Source: Balanoglossus misakiensis (lineage: Eukaryota > Animalia > Hemichordata). Taken from it: a stretch of 64,000 bases of DNA. A program made the translations under genes and the position numbers. Below are positions 1 to 29,200 of the stretch, piece after piece (the first letter of the stretch is position 1; the number at the start of each line of letters is the position of its first letter). Below the pieces are notes generated by a model. It saw only the letters and a list, made by a program, of their open reading frames with translations. It made no database searches and was not told the origin of the DNA. Location: positions 4,143,274-4,207,273 of the forward strand of contig CM082583.2 in assembly GCA_040954595.2 (NCBI GenBank), in the 5' to 3' direction.

Positions 1-1861
1 ACTTGTTGTTTGTGGAAGCAATCGTGACAGGTTACGTTGTTTGAAAAAAACGTTGACGCGTCAATGCGCCCAGCGGCGGACGCCACATGAATTTTTCAGA
101 TCTGGCTTTTTCAACGTGTTTGTTTGGCGTTCATGATTTAGTATATATCCATGTTCTTGTTCCGCTATTTCCCATTCCGAAAACCCCAAAGTTTTGACTA
201 GAAAAGGCCTCAGACACCTTCATATGCTGTCCGGCAGCCGGGTGGGATATCCGACCGCGGTGCAGCTCAAAGTGGCGTGGAGCTGGTAATGTTGGGAACA
301 GTGCAGCCGGCCGGTGGATCGACGTCTTAGCCTACACTTTCATACCCGCCGGCGTGCGGCAATCGGGAGGAACCCAGTCCGTTCAAGCGCAAATGTCCCG
401 GTCAGTAGGTAACTACGAGCTTCGTAGAGCAGCGTTCGACACGCTAAACAACTCTCGTCGTCCGTGTTCAAGTCAGTCTCCTACCCCTTTCTGTTCACGT
501 CTCTCTCTCAACACGCACGTACTTCAACTGCGCAATTGGGATGGGGGGACGCCTCTTTGTCTAGTACATTGTGACGTTGTTACAATTTTAGAGATAACGC
601 GTTGCTGGCATGAAAGAAATACGATGTTGCCAGTTTGCCGTTTGGTGCTGGTAAAAAGAATTCCGTGGTAATGTGGTCACCGCGCTATATTTTGAGATGA
701 ATTTCGTTAAACTATTTGCCCGTAGACAGACCATTGGTGAAAAATGCCGAGTCAGCAATTTTCTTCTATTATCGACTAAATTCGTGGCTCTGTATTTCAA
801 AAACAAGCGCAGTGAACGTACATCTCTAATTGTCATGATCTGCGGCATTTGTGGCGATGAACGAGTTTAATAATTTAAGGGAAAGAATGCGTAGGCGACA
901 AAAACAACCTGTTGAGGAAATCGCGACTTCGACCCATCGACGTCAGTAAAACGTTCCATTACCTGTCGAAGAAAAAGAGTGCATGATCGATTCATTAATG
1001 ACAGGGATTGCCAATGACAATGATACAATGGGCATTCACTTCTGTGTCAGTGTCAAAGAATACCTTCGAAATATGTGCATTTCGTTTTCAAATGAGTTGG
1101 GTGCGAACTGCTCCTGGGCGTTTTGAAGGTAAAGCCCTTGATATGTTCCGCCTATTGATACAAAGAGTTTAACTACTTCATAATTGATGACATGATTGTA
1201 TGCCATCCTTTCTTACCTCTTAATATGATCAATTCTACTTGTAATGTTATTAACAAGAAATGCACGCAGAGTCACCATAAGGCGTAAATGTTTGAAAACG
1301 TCGGCGTTTTCTAAAATGCAGAGTACACATGGGAATACCGGGACACGCATTGGAGTAAATTAGGGTAATATTTTGACAGTTCCGATTAATTATTGTTTTA
1401 GAAAGGAGTAAAGGAGTCTTGGATAAGCGCTCGCCATGGAGAAGGATATTAAAATACATGCGCTTGCTGACCGACAGTGACAACGTTTGGGTACTGATGA
1501 GAAATTACATGCACCTACATGTACCATCAAATAAGAACCGATTTTTCCAACATCTACTAATCAGACTGTCGTGTATTTGACTAGAAGATAGGATTGAAGT
1601 AAACACAAATGAATAATTTTGATTTGAAATATATAATTGTGGAAAATCGAAGGTTTGGAAAGATATCCACTGTGATTTCAAATTTCGAAAGTAGAAATGT
1701 ACAAATAGTATTATGACAACCACCCCGACATGTTCAAGTCTCCAAAATCCATAACCGCCTACAAAACATAAAAAGTATATAGACAGCATTTAATTTTTCC
1801 TTGTGGTCGACATATTGAACAAACGTTGCACTGTAAAATTTAAAACACCCATAGTGACCGC

Positions 1862-1975
1862 TAGACTGAAAGATTCAGTCGTGTGCGGGCGCTCTGGCTC
1901 GCCGCCTAAGAACCTTTCCAGGAACGAGGCATACCGGAGCGCCCGGTCCCGCACACGACTGAATCTTTCGGTCTA
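1862..1975. mobile_element. 114-bp palindromic MITE with TAG...CTA termini and 9-bp TSD (Academ/AcademH-like non-autonomous element)
   Basis: TIR TAGACTGAAAGATTCAGTCGTGTGCGGG (from 1862) pairs with CCCGCACACGACTGAATCTTTCGGTCTA (to 1975), 1 mismatch. Direct repeat AGTGACCGC flanks it at 1853-1861 and 1977-1985. Superfamily is inferred from the TAG termini and 9-10 bp TSD. Confidence 0.75.
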
Positions 1976-2094
1976 AAGTGACCGCCACCAAGCAGAAATT
2001 GACGACGAAGCCCAACTTCTGTCACTTCTTGGCTAAATACTTGATATGAACTTGAGAGACATTCAACGACGATCGTCCATGTCTCCCTTGCTGG

Positions 2095-2173
2095 AGAGGG
2101 GGGGGGGGGGCTTTTTTGCTTCCACAACGGGAATTTGGAAATCAGGGTACATTTTGGGGGACTTCTCACGCGG
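2095..2173 (+). repeat. Dispersed repeat fragment, copy 1 (second copy at about 25654-25731)
   Basis: poly-G followed by TTTTTGCTTCCACAACGGGAATTTGGAAATCAGGGTACATTTTGGGGGACTTCTCACGCGG; nearly identical to about 25654-25731. Confidence 0.75.
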
Positions 2174-2778
2174 CAGGCCAAAGTCAGACTTCACAACGGG
2201 AATGTTGTGCAAAAAGGATGTCATGACCCCGATTCCTAGATTTTCAAGAGCTTAGTTTTTTTTCTGTGGCGGTTTAAAGTTGAATAATTGGGACGTCCGT
2301 GAAGGTCATTGTGACTTCTCGACCGACCAGGCGTGAAGTCGACCAGTATGCTTGACAGGTCAACGTAATGTGAGGTATATCAGCGTTGTTGTTGTTTTTT
2401 CTGCGTGAATTTTAAAAACGAAAGTGGAAGCGAATTCGTCTATCTTAAAACTGCTGCAAATCGCTAATGCAATACAAAGAGAATGCATTTACAAATTTTG
2501 GTGGACAAAATGAATTATCTGATAGTTGCGTAGTGATCGTAACAGCGAAAGTCTGCGTCAAAATTTTAATTTTCATTCCTGGGGGCGCTCTAGCATTTTC
2601 GCTTCAAAGTGAGCACGTGACATATTATAAATATATATAAATATACGCGTATGTAAATGTCATGTTGATGACACACTAGTACTTCTGACACAGAAAAAAA
2701 ATTGGAATTGGAAATATTTCTGTCCTGGTATATCATGTATATATTCATGTATGTGAATCGACGTATTATTTGCAAACT

Positions 2779-3077
2779 CGGAAATTCCACCGAATTTTCC
2801 AGATGACGGCGAAAATGCGACAATGATGCCGACTAAGCGAATTTCCCAGACTCTGCCGCCTGATTGGCGGTTATTTATATACGGATGCGGGGAAATCCCA
2901 TACAAGAAATATGACGTCACATTACTCCCAGTAACAATAACAAATCCTCCCCTCGACAATGTGTTCATTGACACCGGTAACTTTGCGCTCAGAAGAGGTC
3001 TTATAGAAGGCAGAGACGTCAGGCGAACAATAAGACGAGAAGCGAAGACTTAAGTACTGAAGTCGTTCTCAAATAAG
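2779..3077 (+). promoter_or_regulatory. Candidate promoter and non-coding first exon of the HELZ2-like gene
   Basis: kappaB-type GGGAAATCCC 2890-2899; kappaB-like CGGAAATTCC 2779-2788 and GCGAATTTCCC 2837-2847; CRE TGACGTCA 2912-2919; reverse CCAAT (ATTGG) 2863-2867; TATA-like TTATAGAA 3001-3008; strong donor AAG|GTAAGA at 3078. Linkage to HELZ2 is inferred. Confidence 0.4.
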
Positions 3078-3653
3078 GTAAGAGTCCAGAGTTGTGTCGT
3101 GTCTGTTCCGGGAAATCGTGTATAATGCAACATTTTTTTTACTTTTTGAGGGATAATCTCTGTGTGTAACTATTGTACGTTTGGGAAGCGATCATGATGT
3201 TGAATGTGCTACTCTAAGTGCTATGGTAGAAATAGTCAAACGGCCAGTTGCAATCTCGTATTAAAAGCCCTCTTCTAAAAAGCAGAATCCTCGAGACAAT
3301 CACGTGTGATCTGGGAAAATAACCTTCACGTTCATATATGACGGACGGGTTTGTCATGTCCTTCAGCTTTGGCCGGCAATTTGATGCCGTGTGAATGTCA
3401 AAGCGCAGAGTGGATTGAGCGACATTTTATTTAGTATGCACTTTAGCATATGTCGCCTACCTTGAATAGCATCACGTTTTTCTTGATAATACACTTGATT
3501 TTTTTCTGTTTTATTGTATAACACAACCGAATAAAGCGCTTATATCAAAGGATAGGCGTACATCATCGATTCCACTGAATTGAAACTTTGTGCTGCTTTT
3601 GCGCATGCGCATAGGATCATTTATAGTTCAAGGAAAACATACGTTCACCAAAT

Positions 3654-4087
3654 TTCAGCGTATCAGAAGCGAAAGAGAAAATAAAATCGTACAGGTAATG
3701 ATTATGAATACAATGTAATAGGTACGCAGTTATGAAAGGTTGCATGTTGCAAAGCGCGGAATCAAGCCGTAACAAATACATTCAGCGTATCAGAAACGAA
3801 AGAGAAAATTAAACCGTGCAGGTATAAATAATAATAATAATAATATTTATTTCTTACACACGCACTACACATACGTCTCAGTGCGAGTTACAAAAGACGG
3901 TGATAAAAGAATCATAAAAGCAGCAGAAAAATTAAAAAAGTCTCAGTTAAAATTCCCAATTAAAAGTCCGTCTAAAAACCATACAGAATTAAGATGATCC
4001 TAAAAATTCAATCACAAATATGATAAATATAGATGTATGTACTTGGAGATAACAGTTTGCATATTGCAAAGCGCGGAATCACACCGT
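3654..4087 (+). repeat. Diverged tandem duplication of about 125 bp; the second copy is interrupted by an insertion
   Basis: TTCAGCGTATCAGAA.CGAAAGAGAAAAT starts at 3654 and 3781. TGCAT.TTGCAAAGCGCGGAATCA ends both copies (about 3741-3764 and 4058-4081). Confidence 0.7.
3826..4020 (-). mobile_element. Short 3' fragment of a LINE/SINE (L2/CR1-type tail)
   Basis: On the - strand it ends ...CGCACTGAGACGTATGTGTAGTGCG...AATAAATATTATTATTATT: a stem-loop (CGCACT 3861-3866 / AGTGCG 3880-3885) followed by AATAAA and an (ATT)n tail. It interrupts the second copy of the local duplication. The 5' boundary is approximate. Confidence 0.5.
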
Positions 4088-4915
4088 GGAAAGACACTCA
4101 CGAATAATTGTTACCAGTCGATCGACTCATGATTATTAGTCCCAAGCCGTGGACATTGAAATTCTTCAAAACTGATGCGAATGCGATGCGAATTCTTAGT
4201 CTCGTTTGATGACCTCTGCCACTGGCGTGAAAATACGAGTGGACAACTAATCCGTGAGGGCGAGCAAGAACAGACTCCGAGGGCTGGCCTCTCAACTTGA
4301 ACCTGCGGTCGCTCGCGGGCTCTTGCGGCTTTTTTCGTTTTGTTTGGTAGTCTGACATGCGAGAATAGAACATCAGTGTTTGCCCGCACAGCTAGCTTCA
4401 GTGTCATTTGTGCTGTGAAAACAGATCAACTTATGTATTGTAAGAGATTATCAAACAACACATTGGAAGAATTAACGGGAATCTTGTTTTGTGAAATATT
4501 TAAATGAAATGAGTGGGCGCTCACCGTAATCTTTCCACCGAGATTTATAGACCTCTTAGTCTGTTGACTTATATTGTGTTCAGGAGAACGACCGGCCATC
4601 ACGTGATACTTATCTTACCTGTTTAAAGCTATTGTTCTGAATTCCTGGTACTGTGCTATTGTTGATTGGCTCAATCGTGACCTGAAGTGAACTGTGTGTA
4701 AGTGGGGGCGTTCTCACATCGGTGCCTATGAGGTGCGCATGCGTACCTTTTATAGTGAGTAAATCATAGGCTGGGCAGAAATCTCTCATGTAGGTCTTCT
4801 GATAGTTGTCTGGGGTTCGGCGACCAGACAAGACAGGGTTAACGACTTTACACGGAGATTTTGGCACACTTCCCACAATGACGTGAGAATCCATATCAGG
4901 GACATGGGTGTACTT

Positions 4916-4989
4916 CGTCACGTGGTATAGCAGGGTTGCTGACTACAGCTTTGAGCGTCACGTGGTATAGCAGGGTTGCTGACTACAGC
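4916..4989 (+). repeat. 34-bp direct repeat x2 (period 40)
   Basis: CGTCACGTGGTATAGCAGGGTTGCTGACTACAGC at 4916-4949 and 4956-4989. Confidence 0.9.
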
Positions 4990-6055
4990 CCTTTTCAAGG
5001 CCGTGGGAGGCTGATCTAGATTACTGATGACAACAGTCACACCTGAGACTAACGCTAATTCCGAAGTATGTGACTATAAAAAGGTGTGGCCAGTGGTGTG
5101 GCCGGCTGATTCGCAGTTTGGCTTTTCGGCTTGGCCTGGCGTCCGTATCCTAGTATAACTACCAAAGCTGGGGACATCCAATCACCAAAACTACATGTAT
5201 CATGAAATCCAAGAGCCATCGAAATCTTCTCTGATGAAGCAGTGCAAATTTGCCGAATAACTACTACCTTTATTAAAATGCATTCTGCTAACTGAGTTGT
5301 ATAAATGTACTGTGGGGTCGACAGAAGTTCAAGAGCAAAATTTCCTGTTCTGATGTATTTAAAAAATGGTTACCTAAAATCAAATCAATATAGCAGAAAA
5401 AGTAACCAAATGAGAAAAAAAGTTGAACGTTTTTTATACGCCAACTTTACAAAGAAAGCTACCTCACAGGACAAGTTAAAGCTCTTGTGATTATATAGAA
5501 GCGGGAGTTAGCTTTTCATGTAAACAAGGGTAGGGTAACACTAATAACGTGTAACCAGTCCAAATTCCAAACCTCTTTGAGTATAACCTAGCTCCCTCTA
5601 GCGTTGGTTTCAGATTTTACTTTGTCAATGTGCGTATATTCCATTCAATTAAGATTGTGATGTGTATGTATACGCACGGCAGTTAGGGAAACCAAGCCAC
5701 ACTTTGGATTTAAAACCAACTACATATACATGTATTTAATTAAACTGTGTGAACGAAAAGTATCGATTGACTGACTCGGTCGCTTGAATCACGTGGTTAA
5801 AAGTCAACATTGCTTTATATGAAAGGTTGTACTTTTAGTTCATGGCCGGTTATTCGGTTAATCTTTCCAAATCACATGGAAATTAATCCCCGATTCCTGA
5901 TTTGGCCCACCGGACAGACCAAGTGTTACGACCCATTCGTTTTTCTTTGTCACAGTGAGGCACGGCTATATATGCTGTATGCACACTTCATGATACACAG
6001 TCAAGATTAAACAGTTCCGACGGAGAAAAGGGAAAGACAATTGGCGACTGCGACA

Positions 6056-22906
<16,851 letters not shown>

Positions 22907-23754
22907 TTCGCACCGGTGTCTTTTGTGCTGGTCGCAAAGACCCACATGGATGCATTCTGGCCCGCGGAAACGTCGACACGATACCAAATAGTGAAAATAA
23001 AGTGAAAGTTGGGTGTGTGTGTAAACATAAATTCCAGAGATGTTGAAATTGAATGTGGATATCGCCTATTTAGATAACAGTAGATGAATAGAAGTAGGGA
23101 AACACATGCTGGTGGGAGATAAGCGAGTTAACAGACCCGCTTTTCTCAAAACCAAAAGGTTCCATTTGTTAGCACCAAGGTACATTTCTTGTTAAAACAA
23201 AGATTTACCAATACTAAGTTTAAACAATGACTGTATATAATTGTCCAATAATTCTTAACATTCCTCTCATCTGATCTCAGGTCAAGGTTTTAGATTTTCT
23301 TAAGATTTTAAATTTGTTAAAGAAATCTTGTGCCCCCTTTTGAGTGGAACACCTGGATTCTGTATGAAAGCGTGGGGCACTTCTAGGGAAATTACAAGCG
23401 ATATTCCAGATTACCTATTGAATTTGATACATTCAAGAGATTTATCAGAGTTTCTAAAAATATTTATCAGGTTTTAAAAAATATAGTCAACTTTTGAACT
23501 CATAAATATACAGAAATCATAAACCATATTATGTGTTAGTGTATTGCATTTTTAAATCTAGGGTGAGATATACCTACATTTACGTGACAGGAATAGTGAA
23601 CTTTTTACATTTACATTAATTTTTAATATGCGTATCCATCCATCCATCCATATCGAAGTTTTTTTTTGGAATAAGAATTTTTAAGTACATTCGAGGTAAA
23701 TAGTCTATACTTGGATACTTATATTTGAAGACTTTGGTCTTTTTGTGAGATATT

Positions 23755-24404
23755 ATAAGGTTATTCACAAAATACCGGGATTTATGTCCGAGTACATCGT
23801 GCAGCGCAGGTATTGTCCGAGACGCGCAGCGTCGAGGACAATACCGAAGCGTACGATGTACGAGGACATAAATCCCGGTATTTTGTGAATAACCTTATTA
23901 TTATACACCTTTTCCGGACGTCCTTGATGAACGATAAAGAATAAATAGGCCGCTATCGGACTTTCTAGTTTTCAGACACCGCCATGATGTAATTTGCATA
24001 TCGAACGCGCCTTGACCTCGCGCATCAGGTGACTCTAGTGTCGAGCTGCCGACGTCTCGCGCGCGACGTTCTACGCTGGAACTTGAAATGAACGCGCTCG
24101 CCCGTTCGTTCACACATTCCTTTGACTGAAATTTCAGCGTGGATTTTGACTTATTTCGCATCTTGGGTCACCAATAATTTTGTTTAATAACGGCTGTGTA
24201 CTTTTTATATAAATTTTCGTCAGAGTAGGGTTAATATCATTATTGTTTACATTGATCACCAGTCCGAGGACGCGGAGACGCGGAGTCCCATAACCCTGTG
24301 GGTTATGGGACTCCGCGTCCTCATTTGAATAATTATTGTACGGTGATACCGCGAATTATTGTATTACGGAACTCCATAGGTTACAGCAGTAGGTGTATAA
24401 TAAT
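23755..24404 (+). mobile_element. Non-autonomous hairpin element (CryptonV/TE-X-like architecture)
   Basis: 144-bp imperfect palindrome 23755-23898 (ATAAGGTTATTCACAAAATACCGGGATTTATGTCC...GGACATAAATCCCGGTATTTTGTGAATAACCTTAT). ATTATTATACACCT (23897-23910) is complementary to the far end AGGTGTATAATAAT (24391-24404). An inner perfect 20-bp-arm hairpin lies at 24277-24319. Confidence 0.7.
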
Positions 24405-25653
24405 GGTATTTCCGTAAATTTACGTATATTGTATATTGTATATCAGTCTAGGTTACCAGATAGACACTTGAGTACATATCATGGTAGCCATCACTCTATC
24501 AATATTCACAGGAACTCACATTATTTACATAGAAGTTATATACTGTATATTTAGTCTTTTAACGCGAGTGTTTTGTAATACTGTACATCGTTTAAAATAA
24601 TTATAACAATTACAATAGAACTTCTTTTTCTTTCAATTGCAATCGTGTTTGTGCCTCTGTGTATTTTTCTGTTTGTGTATGTACGTGAAGTGCATTTTGT
24701 TTTGTTGGGCTGTCCTAAGCATATAGTCACCGCCTTGCGCCATATTTTCAGTTCTTTTTCACGGCACATAACATTCAGAACATGCACTGTCATTGTTGAA
24801 AACCGTTACGATAGTTGAAGATGCGAGATAAGTAGTAGAAAATAGCCAAAAGTCAGGGCCTATTGGGAGTTCAAACTATTAAAGGGTTTTCAAAAAGAAA
24901 TCGCATAGCCTCAAATTATGTATTCCAAGCTTGAACACGCCAGGGAAAAACGTCGCCAATATGATACAAAATCTCCTTCCAACTAATGTATTCTATGACT
25001 ACAATATTCTATCATGTTCTTTAGTTGCCAGGCTACATGTACAATATCGCACAACATTGACATGAAAATCTAAAGGGTTGCATTAAGAAACATTTTATTG
25101 GCAGGGGAAAACACCAGTTAACGACTAATTGAAGATATAAACGACTATGCGTCTCAAAAACATGCCTGGAGCCATGAACTTTTTTCGCGATAATGAGAAA
25201 GTTTTTTTTACTAAACACAGCTTCATCTTGTATGGGCGCCACGGTGGCCTACAGCTGTTCAGCTGTCCAGCTGGGGCTCACGGCAAATAAACGGCTTCGT
25301 TTTGTTTGCTATCAGTTTAACCTGTCACTAGTGTCAGCGTCAATATATAGTATACAATGGAAATAATATCATTTTATCTCAATGTTCGCGATATATCATA
25401 TTGGAAGTCATTGAGCCTTCAGCGATAACAGGTCCAATGCTCACGGCCCGGAGTTCATTAAATCCACGGACATTATGAGTGCTCACGAGTATAAATTGAG
25501 TGAGCATGAATGTTAGCATTCCGACAAGGAAATCGAAGATTGGTTTTCTATAATAGGCCTACGACTAGTCTATAATAGACTTCTAGCTGCAATAATTGTA
25601 GCCTTGGTGGGTTGGGTGGGTGTGTGATTGAGGATCGCGCTGAGGGCCATCAG

Positions 25654-25731
25654 CGGGGGGGGGGGGACATTTTTGCTTCCGCAACGGGAATTTAGAAATT
25701 AGGGTCCATTTTGGGGGGACTTCTCACGCGG
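25654..25731 (+). repeat. Dispersed repeat fragment, copy 2 (see 2095-2173)
   Basis: poly-G followed by TTTTTGCTTCCGCAACGGGAATTTAGAAATTAGGGTCCATTTTGGGGGGACTTCTCACGCGG. Confidence 0.75.
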
Positions 25732-25762
25732 TAAGCAAGTTGTTTTGCATGCACACCAGAGT

Positions 25763-25920
25763 ATGAATGAATGAATGAATGAACGAATGAATGAATGAAT
25801 GAATGAATGAATGAATGAATGAATGAATGAATGAATGAATGAATGAATGAATGAATGAATGAATGAATGAATGAATGAATGAATGAATGAATGAATGAAT
25901 GAATGAATTCATTCATTCAT
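25763..25920. repeat. (ATGA)n microsatellite ending in a short inverted (TTCA)n
   Basis: About 36 ATGA units, then GAATTCATTCATTCAT. Confidence 0.95.
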
Positions 25921-26016
25921 GACGCACACTGTTATACGGCTCCAGAAGAATGCATGCGTACCAGAATCTCCACAAACTCCAAATCTTGTCGTCCGTCGGC
26001 TACGGATAAGCAGAAG

Positions 26017-26235
26017 GTATTTTGTTGACGAAAACTTGCCATAAGTGACGACTGTCTGGGGCTTTACACCACGGTGAATCAGATGGTAGTATGCATGTAT
26101 ATTTTGCGGTTTATTATTGTCTCAAGTATTTTGTTGACGAAAACTTGCCATAAGTGACGACTGTCTGGGGCTATAACACCACGGTGAATCACATGGTAGT
26201 ATGCATGTATATTTTGCGGTTTATTATTGTCTCAA
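26017..26235 (+). repeat. 109/110-bp tandem duplication
   Basis: GTATTTTGTTGACGAAAACTTGCC...TTATTATTGTCTCAA at 26017-26125 and 26126-26235, near-identical. Confidence 0.9.
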
Positions 26236-29200
26236 ATTTCACATAAAAAATAAATGTATGTACCGTGCAGTATTGATAAACGTATCTGGTAACAGGGTGA
26301 CTTACCGTCCATGCGCGATCATATACATGCATTTTATTTCTCTCTTATATACACGTCCCACAAATAATTTTTTATTTCCAATCTATATGTAAAGATTTGT
26401 ACGAAAATATTCAGTTTATAACCCCCCAATTTTATTATTTCATGGAAATTTAGTCTGTAGGAGTTTGCTAGCGCCGGTGTGGGAAATAGTCTAAGAGTTA
26501 GTGATAGAGGTCATTGACCTGTATCGATTGCAGCTGGCATCAGACAACTTTCACAACCACCACGTCAACTGATGCAGAGTGTGCCGTGGCCAAGAAGGGA
26601 TGGAACATTGCTGAGAGTCATTTCGGTTTAGTGTTCAAAAAACCAACATGGCGTCCCTGCTGCATATCGTTGACACATTTAGAAACTGTGGCGAGCAACT
26701 TCGAAGCACAACAAAAGGTTATTACTAGTAGGTGTAACACACAAAACCTGCTTCTAAAGACGACAGTTTTGAAAGAAAATGTTTCAAAATAAAAAAAACT
26801 AAAAAAACTTATACTTTCTGCCAGAAAGTATAAGCAATTTTATTACATTATTTTTTTTCCCGCTCCCTTGGAGTGCGAGATCCTAACTGCAAAAGATGCA
26901 AATCCTTAAATTCCGCTCCTTTCAGACGATTCAAGTTGTCGTCGATGTTCTTCCTATTGTATAATCAAGGAACAGGAGACGGTTACATCACCACGTACAT
27001 GGGTTCCCGGGAAACAGATGGGCTTCCCCGAGCTCCGACAAGTGAAGAAAGGGAAATGATGCCCATTTGCGGAACCATCGCAGCCACAGTTGGGGGCGCT
27101 GCCTCAATCTGTGTCATTTCCTGCCCCGTTGACGACTACCGCGCCGTATGTAAAATCAAGTCATATCCGTTCACTAACTTTTCAATATATATTTGTAGAC
27201 GATTTTACGCATTCGTCCTTGGGCAACTACAATGGCCTGTCTTCCTCACAACTGACATATTTCACAGTTCTAGTTTTCCTCAACTTGCCCATGAGATTGC
27301 GATATTTGAACTAGTGCTTTTTGGATTTTAGGGAAATCAATCAATCACTTAATCAGTCAGTCAATCAATCAGTCAATCAGTTAATCAATCAATCATGTTT
27401 CTCTATGTAAATATACAATTAAACACACACACCGACACTATCTCCCCCCCCCCTCTCTGACTCTCTCTCTACGCACCAATACACATACACACAGTGAAAT
27501 CTTAGTCTCTAACTTGAAGTGTTGATATCTAACTTGGAGAGCAGCGTGACGCATTTCATTTTAAGTTGTAACCTGGCACTGATGAAGATTCACTCAAGAA
27601 TTCTGTCTCTGTATGATCTTTTGTGGGGGACAGTCTTTAAATAAAGTTCTCGGCGAGCGCGACGGCGGGATACTGAATTGGGTTACGTTGACCATGGGTG
27701 TACCACCTCCAAGCGTGTGCTTGTATTATGTTTGACAGGAAACGTGTTCATATGGAAATGAGAGGGGCGTGCGAAGGTCAATGAAAATGGTACGCCGTAC
27801 ATTTCTCATTTGAAATGTTACCATCGATGGATGCGTAGGTTGCTCTTTATATTTTGAACCCCATGGACTGATTTCTACCAGCAGTTCCACAAAGAGGTAA
27901 GTGATTTCGTAAGAAATACTTCATCAAAGACTGATGTCACACATTTCGTCGTTCAACATGTGGTCCTAGAATGGAGCTAACACAGATATTTAATATAGCA
28001 TCAATCGAAAGTCAACTTTCGGAGAAGGCCGAAACTCGTCACAATTCTGAATTCATTTCGCCGGGTCTCATGCAAAATAACCGAACGAAACTTTGTGTGT
28101 TTTGCGTGAGTTTGTGTGTATTTGTTTGTTTGCTTGTCTGTCTGTCTGTCTGTTTGTTTGCTTGTCTGTCAATTCGTCTGTTTGTGTGTGTGTTTGTGTG
28201 TGTCCCTGTGTTGAAAAAAGGTGTTTCGAGATCTCACATAATGGCCACAGTCAAAAATAGTAGTCAAGGCAACAGGAAGTGGTCTTAGCCATTCTTCCAA
28301 AACCCAGTGCAGCCTTTCCCAGTATTTGGTTTTTAAATATACTTCTGTAAAGCAATACCCAGAAAGACGCTCACGCTCAATGGAGATTTTGCATCCCGGC
28401 GTGAAGTCTCGCCCCCGCCTACGCTACATATCGTCATGCCAACTCCAGGATGTTTGACCGGTATCCGTGTTTGTTTCAATCGCGCGCAAATAATATGTAC
28501 AGAACTGAAATCCACCACTCGTTTAACTGTTCTCACAAGTCTGTTACACATTTTGATCTGAACAAATGCTGTAATTGTCGGCTTCTATCCCAGTTTTCTC
28601 TGTGTCAACTCGAGTTTCATATTCTACTCCCTGCGGCATTGAAAGTATTGCGCTTGTCAATATGGCGTATACGTTATGCATTGTCTATTGCTGGAGAATT
28701 CTAGTCCGGACATATAAGCTCAGTTCTCACCAATAACAGTGTTGGCTGTACAAATATGTATGAGCCATGCGGATGGGTTGACCAATGAAGGCTTGAACAA
28801 GAATCTGAAGATGAAACTCAGAATTTAAAGCAATTTGTTTAAAGTTACGGCATTTGAAAGCGTCCAAGTCACTACATGAACGCCGTCACCAATGGTACCA
28901 GGCGCAGGACGCTCAGTTTTCTTTTCAAGTCTGTCACAATGCGATAGATAAAGAAACGTGCAACTGGGATTCATAATCTCCTTCTATATCATTCAGATAG
29001 CTTTTAACAGCCCATTATTCGTCCAATTCTGTGAATCACGAATGTTCATCCATGACAAGATGTCAATGATATGATGAAGCCAAGCCACACTTAAGTTATA
29101 CTGTATATCCATAATCGACGTAATCGCATTGTTAACATGGCCAAAAAAATAATCAAGGGGGTCTGTGTTATGACAACGTTTGCTGAGGCGTTGAGTTATT

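Noticed and set aside
354-870. Overlapping short ORFs at the window start
   Set aside because: No motifs or splice support; their lengths are compatible with chance.
4576-5165. Possible solo LTR (E-box-rich, TATAAAA near 5075, internal 34-bp repeat)
   Set aside because: I could not define TG...CA ends with a TSD, a PBS or a PPT.
5231-5260. CTGATGA hammerhead-ribozyme-like core (similar cores near 5024, 27579 and 43566)
   Set aside because: None has a properly placed stem II followed by GAAA and closing stems I/III.
25692-25916. ORFs reading (FIHS)n
   Set aside because: They are translations of the (ATGA)n microsatellite.
26873-27331. 152-aa ORF with a GC-richer core
   Set aside because: No recognisable motif and no convincing splice partners on either strand.
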